NCBI GenBank assembly: GCA_001642005.1
Contig: LWCA01000078.1
Coordinates: forward strand, 1 to 58,927
DNA from: Intoshia linei
Taxonomy: Eukaryota; Animalia; Orthonectida
DNA length: 58,927 bases
Reading direction: 5' to 3'
Below are positions 37,001 to 50,108 of this stretch, piece after piece; the first letter of the stretch is position 1; each line of letters opens with the position of its first letter. The translations under genes and the position numbers were made by a program. The notes below the pieces were generated by a model that saw only the letters and a program-made list of their open reading frames with translations, did no database searches and had not been told where the DNA came from.

Positions 37001-40000
37001 ATGTTGACATGTTATTATTAATTTGTAAAAAATTTTATACTTGCACTTTTTAGGATAATTTCCCCTAAAATATCCGTAGACCAGAATAAATGTGACTATA
37101 TTACTATTTTTATCTTTATATAAATCAATTTTACAACACGCAATTTTAGTTTCAAAAGTGACAAAAATATAAGTGAAACAATTGAATTATTTAATTCAAA
37201 AAAGAAACTGTGCAAACTGGCCGGTACATTATATATAAAATTAATAATAATTAAAAAACTATAATTGTTTTTAATGAATCATTTTATATTTTTTTATATA
37301 TTTTTTAGAATTTATAAGCATACCGATAGAAATTAGCAATATAAAAATAAAAAATATCACTGTAAAATCATACGCCAGCTCAGTTATATTTGGAATAAAA
37401 AACATTGAATCCTTTAAAAATATATTTATAAATCAGTTATCAAAAAATTTTTCGTTAAAAGAAAATAACGAACAAATACTTTACACATTTTATGAAAATG
37501 GTTCAAAATCCTATGATACGTTCAATAAAATTGTGGTTTACATATTCTTTGTGCTTTACACTATATTGTCTATGAGTAATATTAATAATACTACCCAATG
37601 TATACATATTTAGGAAAAATACAAAAACATTCAATGTTTTTAGCAATTTGTGCAATTTTGACTGTGTGTTTATCATTTTGCATTTCTGTTTCGATACTAC
37701 ATCACATTGGATTTAAATTTACCATATACTTACAGTAATTATTATAATTTCGACCCATTTGAAGTTTGAGATATTCATGTTTGAGTAGAATTTATATTAT
37801 TTTTCAAAAATTGATATAATGGGTGTAAGAACCGTAGAATGTCGGTCTGTACGCTCTAGTATTAACTAAAAAATTGAAACTATACATAATATAAAATTCA
37901 AACTGATTTTTAAAAATTTCAATATTTCAAACACTCTAAACCAGTGGTCCCCAATTGGGTCCCTGGACCCCATGGGTCAAAACTATTATTCCTGGGTCCA
38001 TGAGATTTAAATAAAATATACAAAAAATTTGTCAACTTTTGTTTATTTTTATATATAGAACTTTTAATATTTATTACAGATTTACCAGATGTGGGAAATT
38101 TATCCCAAAGCCTAAATAACGCTACATTATTATTTCAAAAATCATATTTTTATCGTATCATTAATAAAATTTCATAAAAAATAAAATTTTAAAGCCTCAA
38201 GGAAAAATCCCTTTTTCCAATATTTTTTTGAACATGATTTTATCAAATTTTATCAGAAAAACCTCTTATTCCGATCCCAAAATAAAAAATCTAATTTTAC
38301 TAAATATTATGAGAAAAACTTTAAAAAAACATTTTTTTATAAATGTTTTATATTTTATGTTTCTTTTGGGATCCAAAAAAATAAATATTTTGAAATGGGT
38401 CCGTACACTAATTTGAATCGGGAACCACTGCTCTAAAAGAGCGATGACATTGTATCTACATTATATTTTATTTAGTATAATTTTCCCCTACCTTATTATC
38501 GGGATAGGCCTAGACAAGCGTATTTTGTATGTTAGAACCATACAAAATTTACCCAAACACGTTCCGATAAATTCACGAATGAAGAGGGGTTTTTATTTTG
38601 AATGATAAAATTAATCAATTTTAGCAATTGTCACCCAATGCTGGTACATAATACGAGAATTTATTATTCAATCCTCGATATACCTGTGTGGAGTTGCATC
38701 ATTACATCCAAAACTACAAGAATATTCTGCAGTCGCTTATATTATGGAATGGACGGATTTATTTGTTCAACATTTTATATTTGTTCCACTCATGACACTC
38801 TACATTGGAAAAAATCCTATTAAAGAGGTTTATTAAAATCATTAAACTCTCATTAACTAAATTTAGGACAATGAAATTGTTCATAAAAATCAGTACCCTA
38901 TTCATTTTTACGGTTATGATGAATCCATATTCGATAAGGATAAAAACAAGGTGGTTTATGTCCCACCAAAAAATAGAATTAATTCAATTTCGAATAAATT
39001 CCAAACGTCCAAATTCGGAGAATTTATATCAATAATTATACGAATATTGAAAGTATTTTTAAAAAGCAAATTGCATTTTAAATGTGTAAATAATCATAAA
39101 TAATAGATTGCCATCATTGCTTCAATCATTGCATTGACATTGCTACATTACAATATAATTGGAAATAAACAATTTGTGGCCCAAGATTTTGAACAAAACC
39201 TGGATGATCATATTGATAGAAGTTACAAATATGGTTATTCAAAGCCTCTTCATACTTATAACTGGAAAATGCTTTTTAATGAATATAGAATCGATGTAAC
39301 CGATAAGTAACAACTTTAATTTTAATTAAAATTTTTAACACCCTGCAGGCCCTAGTATTACAATTCGATTTGGTTTGTAACCAGGAATTAGTCGTTTCAC
39401 TGGCGGGTTGTTATGTTTAGAAAATTTTAACTTTGCGTTACCTCACGTTCAATTAAATCCTATATCCATATTTATAAAGTATACACTAATTGTAAATTAA
39501 TCATATACTACTAAAATCCAATCATTTTTACTAAAAATCAAGTTTTATCAACCCTTAATGGAAAATTCAACTTTTACCAAGTCTGGAATTAATTATGTAC
39601 AGCTGCAAAATATTTTCTAAGAAAAAAATAAGATTGGATGTAATTGATTTGCCGTTGAAAATGCTTAGAAAGCGAGGAAGATCACTAAAACATCTAATTA
39701 AACAAATATAAAATATTTCAAGGATCTATAATCTATAATGAATATATTTTTTATATTAAAATTTATTTGTTTCATCATCAGAATAGTATGATCTTAAGTA
39801 TTACAGAGGTTATAACATCTGTTTATGGATAATCCTTCTATTTAAGAAATTCACTTTGCTTTTTTTGTGATACTGAGTTATTATATGATACTCTGAAATT
39901 CGATAAATTGGATTTTTCCCTTAAGGGGTGGTCAGAGTGAATTTTTCCTTTTAGGGTTGCTAAACCGGAATTTTCCTTAAAGCTTGTTAAATCTTGATAT

Positions 40001-43000
40001 TTAGTAAAAATGTTTGGATTTAAGTAGACACCCCTTTTGAATGATTGATATTGCAGGTATTGATAATAACGAACATTTATATTGCAATTATTTTTAGATT
40101 TATCGGGTTTTTGCCATCATCAATGATGTATATTGGAAATAAAGACAAACTAAGCAAACTAGATACAATAATAAGGGACAAACGACAATTTTATGAAAAA
40201 TATAGATTGTCTTCTGTAATCGACATGAGACGCTACGACCATTTGGCAGATAAAATATATAGTCAAATGATTAAAAATGAAATTACTTTGTTAATTTATA
40301 ACAAAATAATGTCAATTGTATTCTTTTTTGCTTTGTGGATTTTTTTCTGGGTCACATATTATCGTATCAAAAAAATAATAACTATCAAAGGAATTGGTGT
40401 TTTCAATTACACCATTTCAAAATGCGATTTGTTCAAACACAGTGTAAATTTAAATACATATGTAATCCTTAAAATTAAATTAAAATTAATTTAGTATACC
40501 ACTCAAGTTAAGTCAAACCAATATTATGTAGTTTCAGTAGACAATTGTAACATTGTACATATCTGGAATATTGACCAGCATGTCGTTTATAATGATAGGT
40601 TTTACACTTTATCAAGTATTAAAATTATTTGTTAGAAATATATTTCAAGATATAACGTCAAATAGTAATTTAATAGTATTGGAGTATGTTAATCATGTAT
40701 ATAGTTTATTTTCAAATAAACGACTTCAAAGAATCTGAATGCATATGGGCTTTTGATATTACTCAATTTTATTTAGTTTTAGGGTGCATGAGTGGTACAA
40801 TATATGTAATTTTTTATTTTTTTGCCATTTCTTATTTCCTTTTAGATTTTGACTCTCAATAAATTTATTAACACGTGTAGAATCGTTTCTAAGCATTCAA
40901 AACATAAATCAAGCATAGTGATGATTAATATTACATCAGATAGGTTTATAATTTATAAATCAGAGATATCAGGGAAAAGCAATCTTATTGCTTTTGATAA
41001 TTTTTCGATAGATTGTTGTATAATTGCCAGCTTTTAAAATAAAACAGATCATTCAATCGAGGTCCTATTTCTGATTTAAAAATATAATATCACATTAAAA
41101 ATTATATTATTATGTATGTGTTATAATTATGAAAATATAAACTTTATAATTAACATATACATATAATGTATAAGGTAGAGCAGAGGTTCTCAACATTTTT
41201 TAGACCCTTAAACCAAAAATTTACACATAATTTTTGTAATCGGCCCCTTTATAATAATGAATTATAAATTATAATTCAATATAAAAAAATGATATACATT
41301 TTTAGTTGTACAATATTTTTAGATCTATAAAATTTACTATATTGAGTGTTTCTCAATTTTATTCAAAAATTTACGCATAGAACCAATAATTCTCTTAAAA
41401 AATAAAATATTTTTGTATGTTGTTAGTTAAAACTTTAAGAAATTGTTTTAACATTTTAATCAAATGTCGAAGAAAAATTTTAGATTTCCATTAAAATTTA
41501 ATTGTAATACTTTATAATGCGAATATTCTTAAACCCAACCCATTTTTATTTAAATCCAACCGTTAATACTAAAAATCCATTTTTACAAACCACTAAGGGA
41601 AAAATTTATTTTCACAAATCCTAAAGTATAAATTTCAATTATACCAACCCTTTAGTGAAAAATTGATTTTCACAAACCTTTAAGTGAAAATTCCAATTAT
41701 ACCAACCCTTAATTCACTTTTATCAATTTTTAAGGTAAAAATCCACTTTTACAAACCCCTAATTCCCCCATCGTTGAGAATCACTGAGGTAGACTAATAC
41801 ATCTATTCTATCTAATTTAATACATTTGTTAAATTCTTTGCGTAGGCCATATTAAAAAGGTTGAGAACCTGTTAGACACAAAAATTTATCAATACAACGC
41901 AATGTACATGTAGGTTTGATTAACTGTACATCGGGCATTCTCAACCTTTTTTACACCGTACCTTTAAAGTCAAAATTAAATGTAAATGTGTATAAGATAA
42001 ATCTATATATTTATACAATATATGTATACTATACATACATATGCATATAATTATATGGTCAAATAATACTTCGCTGGGCCTACTTAAATTTTGGCGGATA
42101 AGAAATACTGAAATGTTTAATAGTTGAAAAAATCTAAATTAACTTTTATTAGATTAATGGATTTACCTTATAAATCTTTTAAACGTTATTATTTAATCAA
42201 TCAGTTTAGTCTTGTGGTGATACGAATAGATGGTTGCTTGCAGCATTTTCGAATTTTACATAATATGGAACTTTTAGGTTAAATTATATATAATGAAAAT
42301 TAAAAAAGTAGTTTTATGGCTTCCTGGATGACAAACCTTTTTGGCAAATGAATAAATTTTTCTAATTTTGAAGTAAAAATTTATCCAATTAAGTAAAAAA
42401 TTATCAATTTCAACTTTGTTACATAAATTTCATAATTATATTTATTATTATTTAGAATTATATGAATCTAGATTATTTGGAAATATTCCGGTATATGTCC
42501 AAGTGAAAAATAATCATTGCATACTTTCGGATACTTATCACAATACAACGGTATAGTTAGAATTTATAACATTTTGGTTAATAATAATATAAAATATTAG
42601 ATATTCAATTACAAAAAACCACAATTTGAATATACCATCAACCGCTCTTTCTCAGTGGTACAGAGTGACATAAGTGAACATGTAATTTTATTTATTAAAA
42701 TTTGTGATATTTCTGATAAGTTAATTAAAAAACTTACAAACTAAATATATTTAATATACTGTCCAGCGGGAAAATTTTGATATTTTAATTATAATGTATT
42801 CCATTTTAGCCTTATATTGCAGCCCTTGTTTTCAGTGATAAAAAGATAATAGTTGTGGAAGTTGAAACATCAAAACATTTGTATGTTAAATTTTGGTATA
42901 CTGAAATCGAGAAAATATATATACACAAGAAATATTTAATTATTCAAACAAAATCTCAGAATATCAGCGTTTTGGATTATTTACGAGGACAAATTAAACT

Positions 43001-43320
43001 GCATTTAACTATGGTATTGGGGTTTAAATTAATACATGAACTTTAGGATAAATATTATGTACAATATATAAAAAATGGAAATATTTATGCATTGACATTG
43101 GTAAATTATTTTACCATTAATGTATTCGTATAAATTTATAAATTAGTACGGACTTGTTCAAATCAAAATAAAGGAAAAAAAAACTACTACACTATTGAAT
43201 ATTGCTATAAATTCTGAATATGAACATTTTAAACAAAATAATATCAAAAAATATAATTACACTCATATTTTAAAACTAAATAGACCAGAGTTAATTATCA
43301 TTGGTATAAATTCTATATAA
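34054..43320 (+). CDS. SCAP: SREBP cleavage-activating protein (sterol-sensing domain plus divergent C-terminal region)
   Basis: N-terminus LDILKGKIINF...HPYRLIF and loop-1 motif LIISPTNMWNNN. SSD YTILSMRKI...LAICAILTV...IFPYLIIGIGLD...INSRMKR...HPKLQEYSAVAYIMEWTDLFVQHFIFVPLMTL aligns with recalled SCAP SSD. The last exons and the stop at 43318-43320 are approximate. Confidence 0.85.
37942..38430. mobile_element. hAT MITE in a SCAP intron
   Basis: TIR cagtggtcccc / gggaaccactg; TSD CTCTAAAC/CTCTAAAA. Confidence 0.85.
41181..41786. mobile_element. hAT MITE carrying a tandem ACCAACCCTTAA module
   Basis: TIR cagaggttctcaac / gttgagaatcactg; TSD AGGTAGAG/AGGTAGAC. Confidence 0.85.
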
Positions 43321-43827
43321 TCGTTTATTTTTGTAAATTTTATTCTTAATAAAATTTTAAATTAATTTTAAATAATGTACACCAAAGAATTTAATAAAAT
43401 GAAAATATGTGCCTATCAAAATAAAAAAAATAAAATTAAACGCCTTCATTTTCAATACTTATCATGGCGAAACCAATTTTGATTGAAAGTTAGATGTATA
43501 AAACAATTCAAAAATGTATCAATTTGTATTAATAATATAGATGTATAATAAAACAATATACTTCTCATTAGGCAGCATTTCGCGGAAATGCTGCTTTAAG
43601 AAAAGTGTATAGTTGTATTTTATTACAATATAAAAATAAGAGTTGTAGAATATTATATATAATTTTTTAAAAGTAATAAAAAATTTAAAAAGGCAGAATA
43701 TAGTAAATATTTAGAATTGTTCCATAATTTATATACACAGAGAAAAAAGGATTACATACTATGTATTCAATCAAGCAATTAGTGTACTTCAGATTTAGAT
43801 ATATTAAAATTTTATTCATAAATAACT

Positions 43828-45791
43828 TTAGTCGATAGTAATTACATTGTCTTCATTTTTCAATTTTTTTTCAATTTTTATAGATTTTTCATCAAAATGC
43901 TTGGCTAAATCCAAAGTTAACTTTACACTATTTTCTAAAGTTAAATATAAGAATGTAAATGTCAATGCATATTTGATTAGTAAAATATAGACAGAAATAT
44001 GAAAAATTCACCAGAATGCATACAAATTAGAAGAGTGACACTCAACCGTTTTGCCGCGCGATACACTTATTGCACTAAGTAGATTATTTCTAATAATAAT
44101 AAGCAGAGATTGGAAATAATTGATTGCAATCAATTGTTTTGTATAAACCAATTAATTATTTGCTAAATATTGATTTTTTTCATATAACTGAAAAAATATA
44201 AATTGAATCTTTTTATTGACGAATGATTGGATGAAAAAATTAATTAAATTTTTTTTATGTAATTCAAAAATTAAATTTAATATTTATACACTATAATTTA
44301 TAATACAATATTAATTGTCAAGTTGACACTGTCAACAGTGTTCGTTGTAGCCTACAACTTGTAGCGTATGACAGTGTCACCATGCTTTATTTATTTTCAG
44401 AAACAATTTTATTTCTAAATTCGAAGGAAGATATCAAATAAAATAATATGAAAATATTTTCTAAATACTATTTTTCAAATAAAATAGTTTAATATTAGAA
44501 TATTCATTTTCAACTAACTTTTCATTATTCTATGCAATTTTAGAAAAATAGAAACGAGTTTGTCACCAGAAAAATGATTTATTCAATCTACTAGCTTGAC
44601 TTTTATGTACTTCGAACAAACAGCATCCTAGTATATTCATTATAACCACATGTCCAGTTTTTTAAAAATGATTATGATATTGTTATCAATCTTCAATTAA
44701 TTGAAATTTTTTTATATTTTAAAAAACCATTTTATTGCAATTATTTTTCATAAAGCATTAATTGGAAAATATTTTTTCGTTTTTCAAATTGCAATTGCAA
44801 TAATACATTTTAACTTTTATTTTTGTTGAGAAACCTCCGATGTTCCCATATGGACAATCACATCGGAATCAAAGCTCCCAGGAGTGAATTTTTTTGTAGG
44901 TGCGTTAGTTAGCATATATTCGACAACATATGTAAAGTAATAGTATCTGCGACCACAAAAACAATGAGCGGCGGAATAAAGGTTAAGAGTACAAACCAAT
45001 TAATTTTTAAACTATATTGATGATTTTAGGTTAATTAGCAACATTCAGTTGAGCGACATTCATTTTAGCGGGTATTGTTGGAGCGACATAATCATCGATT
45101 TTGTTAATTAACCATAATATTTATGTTTTGACAATATTTTTGGTTTGTTCAAAGTTTCTTTAATGACAATGACTAAAATTTTGTAGGGTTTTAAGGGAAG
45201 TTTTTTCCCCAATTTTTAAAGATTTTGAAGACAATTTTGGGAGCAAAATATTGTAGTGTTTAGGAAGTTTTTTTGTTTGATTAAAAAAAATCTTACAAAT
45301 CCCTTGAAAGTTATGTTAAAAAAATCTTAAGAACCCTCATTCAAAGTTTGGTTAATAAAAAAAAATTTTAAGTTAGATTTTCATTACTAAATAGATAATT
45401 TGCAACTTTTAAATTCTGTCTTGATTTTAACAATGATAAAAATTACTATTGATACGTTTGATTTTTAAACTGTGAATCTAGATATTATATCGTGGTTCTC
45501 ATGAATATAATTGATGTAATTTAGTAATTTAAATAAGTGTGACGAAAAATATAACCTTTTAATTAAAATGAGTATTAAATGCATTATACACGTCCACATT
45601 TTTTATCAAGAATATCAATTTATAAAAATAATAAATGTACCCAATTTTACTACCAAATCCTCGTTCATTTTCATCGTTTTTTCAATAGATTTACTGCAAT
45701 CCCTAAAACAATTTTCGCAATCTTTTTGCATATTTTCAGCGTTGTGTGACTAAATTAAATTAATAGTTTATTAAAACTTAAATAAAACCAT
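43828..45791 (-). CDS. Unannotated 72-aa predicted coiled-coil protein, 3 exons
   Basis: ATG-only exon (45791-45789), 39-nt intron, exon 45749-45641 and exon 43934-43828 are phase-compatible. Product MSHNAENMQKDCENCFRDCSKSIEKTMKMNEDLVVKLENSVKLTLDLAKHFDEKSIKIEKKLKNEDNVITID*. AATAAA lies about 11 nt after the stop. Confidence 0.6.
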
Positions 45792-46135
45792 TCAAATAAA
45801 AATTAAAAATGCTATCGTGTCTAGATAAGATAAATCTTAAATAATTGCCTGTTTAAAAAAATTTAATTTGTGCGCCAATTCAAAAAAATACAATTGTACA
45901 TTAAATTCTTTCTCATTAATTTTCAAAATACCAGACTGCATTTATTTTGATAGTCTGGTTTATTTTATACATTTTGTATGTAAGATTTATTTTTTACAGA
46001 TTTCAATTAATTTACTAATTGATGTAATAATCTGATAAAAATGAAAAAAATGTTGTTTAATTTAGTTTCACCAATTTTGTATATTAAATTGAATAAAACT
46101 TTACTATCAATAAATTTTATAAAACTATTAGAAAC

Positions 46136-46149
46136 GGCGGAAATTTAAA
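46136..46149 (+). promoter_or_regulatory. CDE/CHR-like element upstream of the kinesin
   Basis: GGCGG-AAA-TTTAAA about 75 nt before the ATG at 46222; a related GCGCCAATTCAAA lies at 45872. Confidence 0.45.
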
Positions 46150-46221
46150 TTATACAGATAAATTTATACCAGGCAAATTACAAGAAAAGTTAAAATTATA
46201 ATTATTATTATGTGAGGAATA

Positions 46222-49200
46222 ATGCCAAATAAAAATTTAAACACTAAAAGAAGTTCTCAAGAAATTGAATGCAATTTTTCTACTCCAATCAAATTTAGAA
46301 AAGTTCAATGGGATACTCCTAATACTAAAAAAATCAAAAAGAAAAGTAATGATAGTGGTGAATGTCAATCTGAAAATGAATGTGAAATAAGTTCAATTTC
46401 AGTTATTGTAAGGGTTAAACCTATTAAACCTGACGATGAAACGTAATTTAAATTTAATATTAAATAAACCTAAAAATAAATAATTTTAATAGAGCCTCTG
46501 ACCAACCAAAATTAAGAAATTTAGTAAAATATGTTGACAACGAAAATATAGAAATTTTTAAATCAAATACTAAAAACATTCAATTTAAATTCGATCAAAT
46601 ATTTTGTTCAGATATTAACAATGAAAGTCATCAACATTCATTACAATTCCGTAATAAAGATCAAGATTATGTTTACAATTTTATAACTAAACCAATGCAT
46701 CAACACATCATTGATGGTTTCAATACGTGTTTGCTTGCTTATGGTCAAACTGGCTCAGGGAAAACGTATAGGTACTATATTATATTTAGTCATATTTATC
46801 TCAGTTAATTCAAAAATATAGCATTATTGGAGAAGATTCTATAGATGGAATTATTCCTAAATTTTGCAAAGATATATTTACTAAATTTGATACTACCGAT
46901 CCAAATGTAATATTACATTATAAAAATGCTTTTGTATTACAGAGGTGGGGAGGCATATACTGTTCGAATGCCACACTAGCGTCCCAAAAAAATTTAATAG
47001 GGCCGCACCTTTCTAAATAAAATTTAATCAAATACAGTAGTGCTTTTCATGTGGGGGACTAGTCATCCAAGCGGTGAAGGATAAATTTGGGAAGTATTTT
47101 ATTTATCAGTATTTAATTAAAATACTGGCAGTTTTTTAATAAAAAATTTTCAGTATTATTAACAAAAATTGTCAGTAATAAAATGTATTTTGTCAGTTTT
47201 TAATTTTAATACTGACAAAATAATTTTTTTTACTGCCCTTCCAATTTAAATACTGACAATCAATTATTTATACTGACACCTTGTCAACTGGCACCTAAAA
47301 TACTTAAAATCTATTATATCAACTGACAATTCAATATTTCTACTGACAAGACCATCTAAAATACTGACGCGATAAATACAAGCCGATAAATTTTAGCATA
47401 TTTTATTCAGTTTAATAAAATCTTATGAGAAAAAATCCCCTTTTACCAATATTTTTTTGAAATATCTTTCCATCTGATTTCAAAAGAAAAAACTTAATTT
47501 TACCAACCCTTAAGGAAAAAACCGCTTTTACCAATATTTTTTTGAAAAATCTCATTTTACCAAAAATTAATATTTTAACATATAATTTTAAATGAAAAAT
47601 AATTCAAATAGCTCAGAACGCCGCACTTTCCCACTTCTCCCCTAATACATACCTTATGTTTGACATGTATTTATATTTTTACGGTTTTAGATTAAATATA
47701 AATTTGAAATTTCTTTTTATGAAATATACAACGAAAAAATTAAAGATTTTCTCGCAGATAAAACCACCAAAACTATCAAAATGGTATGATTGATTTTGTA
47801 AGTGTAACCATCTTTAGCTCAAAGTTAGAGAACATCCTATTTTGGGACCATTTGTTGAAAATTTGACTGTTAAAGAAGTTAAATCATATAGCGATATCAA
47901 ACCGTGTATAAATATTGGTGTCAAAGAAAGATCTACCGCTTCAACTATGATGAATCAAAGAAGCAGTCGATCTCATTGCATTTTTAGTTTATTAATCACC
48001 AAAATAGAGGCAAATATTTGAAACAATATATAAAAGACAAAAAAGTGTTGATCGCGAATCTATTGCGATATTTATCCTTGGTTTAAAAATATTGTAAAAA
48101 ATTTATTTTGTTGTATAATTTTTTTTAATCTGGGCCATGTCACATGGTCCATCTTTCATCTAATTTTTTGTTAAAATTAGCATTTGATAACTAGATACAT
48201 AAGCAATTTATAGATGAAAACCGTGAAGTGAAGGAAAAAGGTTTTTCAAAACCAGGACCATAAAATCCAATTCCTAATAAGCTCATAATGATGAATAATG
48301 GACACTACTGTTTTGTCTGAAACTCTGAATTGTATAAAACGTATATCTAAATTTAATAGATTTACCATATTGATGGCGAAATCCACCAATTATCCACAAC
48401 TAGCCGAGCAAATTTTGTAGATCTAGCAGGAAGTGAAAGGCTCACAAATGTATCATCTGATAGTATACACATTAAAGTACTATCTAATGTAAATATTTTT
48501 TAAATAAAAAATAAATTTAGGAATCAACATCGATTAACAAAGCATTACATTACTTGGGTAAGGTTATAATGGCTTTATCTGAAAGAAATATTTGCGATAA
48601 AAATAGTCACATTCCTTACCGAAATTCTATTCTCACTTGGTTTTTAATAATGTTTTATTATATAAAGTATAGGATTCTAAAGGATAGTCTTGGGGGAAAT
48701 AGTAAAACGGCTATGCTGGCAACAATAAGTTCAGATATAAAAAACTTTGAAGAAACTTTAAACACATTACGAGTAAATTAGCAATTTATTGATTAAATTT
48801 TAAATTACATGTATTAGTATGCTACAAAAGCAAGTAGTATTGTAAATTTGGCTAGAGTAAACAAGGACCCGAAGGAATCTCTGATTTCTCGTAATTTATT
48901 ACCGTTAGCTTTCTTTTTTAGTTTTCGTTTTTTAGAATTGACTGAAGAAATAACTAAACTTCGAGAAATGTCGACAAATTTTCCTAATGATATCTCAGAT
49001 AAATTAAAGAAGGATATAAATATTCTCAAAGATAAATTGACCGAAATGGACAATTTAAATTTTAAAATAGAAAAGTATTAAAAATACATATATATTTTTA
49101 TCATATCATCTTTTAGAATTAATACAGATTACAAGGAAAAATTTAAAAACTTGGAGGATGAAAAGGTAATTCGTAATTGTTAATTAAATTTTAAAATTTT

Positions 49201-49565
49201 AGATAAATAATCACCATTTAAAATCCCAAATCAATATTCGTGATAAACAAATTCTAAACTTGGAAAAAGAATTGATGGTACATTTTTGTTTAAAAAAATT
49301 AATTTTTTAGACATTGAAAATGAAATCGCATACCAAAGTAGACAGTAAAGAACATACAAAATACCAGTTAGACCAGGTTACTTTTATTTATTTTAAACCG
49401 TCATTTTATTTTATAAATTTTTTACGATAGAAAATTGATGACAAATTTACAAATTACAACAAAAGTATAGAAAATTCGTTGAATAATTTAACTAAGCATG
49501 TACAAAAAATGAGTGAATCCCAATATGTAATGAAAAAAATGGATAATATATTAAAATTTATCTAA
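46222..49565 (+). CDS. KIF14: Kinesin-3 motor, KIF14-like, with short C-terminus
   Basis: [84 protein letters not shown] and IVNLARVNKDP, then a short coiled coil to ...NILKFI*. Confidence 0.8.
46940..47640. mobile_element. hAT-like insertion in a kinesin intron containing an inverted TACTGAC array
   Basis: Ends cagaggtgggga / ttcccacttctc; no clear TSD; internal periodic motif at about 47100-47370. Confidence 0.45.
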
Positions 49566-49625
49566 ATTGTTTTTTCATTTCCCGGTTACACCAAACATTA
49601 TTTAATTTATACAATTTAAATTGTA

Positions 49626-50108
49626 ATGGATGAAGCAAAGACTCAATATACTTATATAATTTCAACTCAGATGGTTTTATTCTTGTTTGATTTGATAGTC
49701 AATACAGTAAGCTTTGCAATTAATATGTCACTTACCACCCTCTTTATTTTTCACGTTAGTCAAATATTGTGTATATTTTTTTCCCTTATCATTATTTTTC
49801 TCATGATTATTAATACTACTGCCTACAAACTTGGATTTCAAACCATAATCATCAAAAAATATCGCGGAACTATTGCTATCGGAATATTATATTTGGTATT
49901 AACAATAATTTTACACACAATTAATTTTGTTAATCAATGGCACGACGCTACAACATATAATTGGACTGTGCAAACGTTTATATTCTTTTTAATCCAAAGA
50001 ATTTGGTCAATTATTAATTATCATACATACAAAAGAGCATCTTTGTCGTTAGCAAAAAGAATTTATTATGATAAAAAATTTTGGATTCAACAAGACATTA
50101 ATTCATAA
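49626..50108 (+). CDS. TMEM138: Transmembrane protein 138 (ciliary), intronless
   Basis: 160 aa with Q-VLFLFDLIVN, INTTAYKLG...IIKKYRGTI...YLVLTIILH, YNWT...FLIQR...YHTYKRASLSL...YYD...W, matching the recalled TMEM138 pattern. Confidence 0.88.
   Translation: MDEAKTQYTYIISTQMVLFLFDLIVNTVSFAINMSLTTLFIFHVSQILCIFFSLIIIFLMIINTTAYKLGFQTIIIKKYRGTIAIGILYLVLTIILHTINFVNQWHDATTYNWTVQTFIFFLIQRIWSIINYHTYKRASLSLAKRIYYDKKFWIQQDINS

Noticed and set aside
47100-47370. CRISPR-like repeat-spacer array
   Set aside because: Repeats are only 6-7 nt, orientation flips, it is in a eukaryotic intron, and no cas genes are present.
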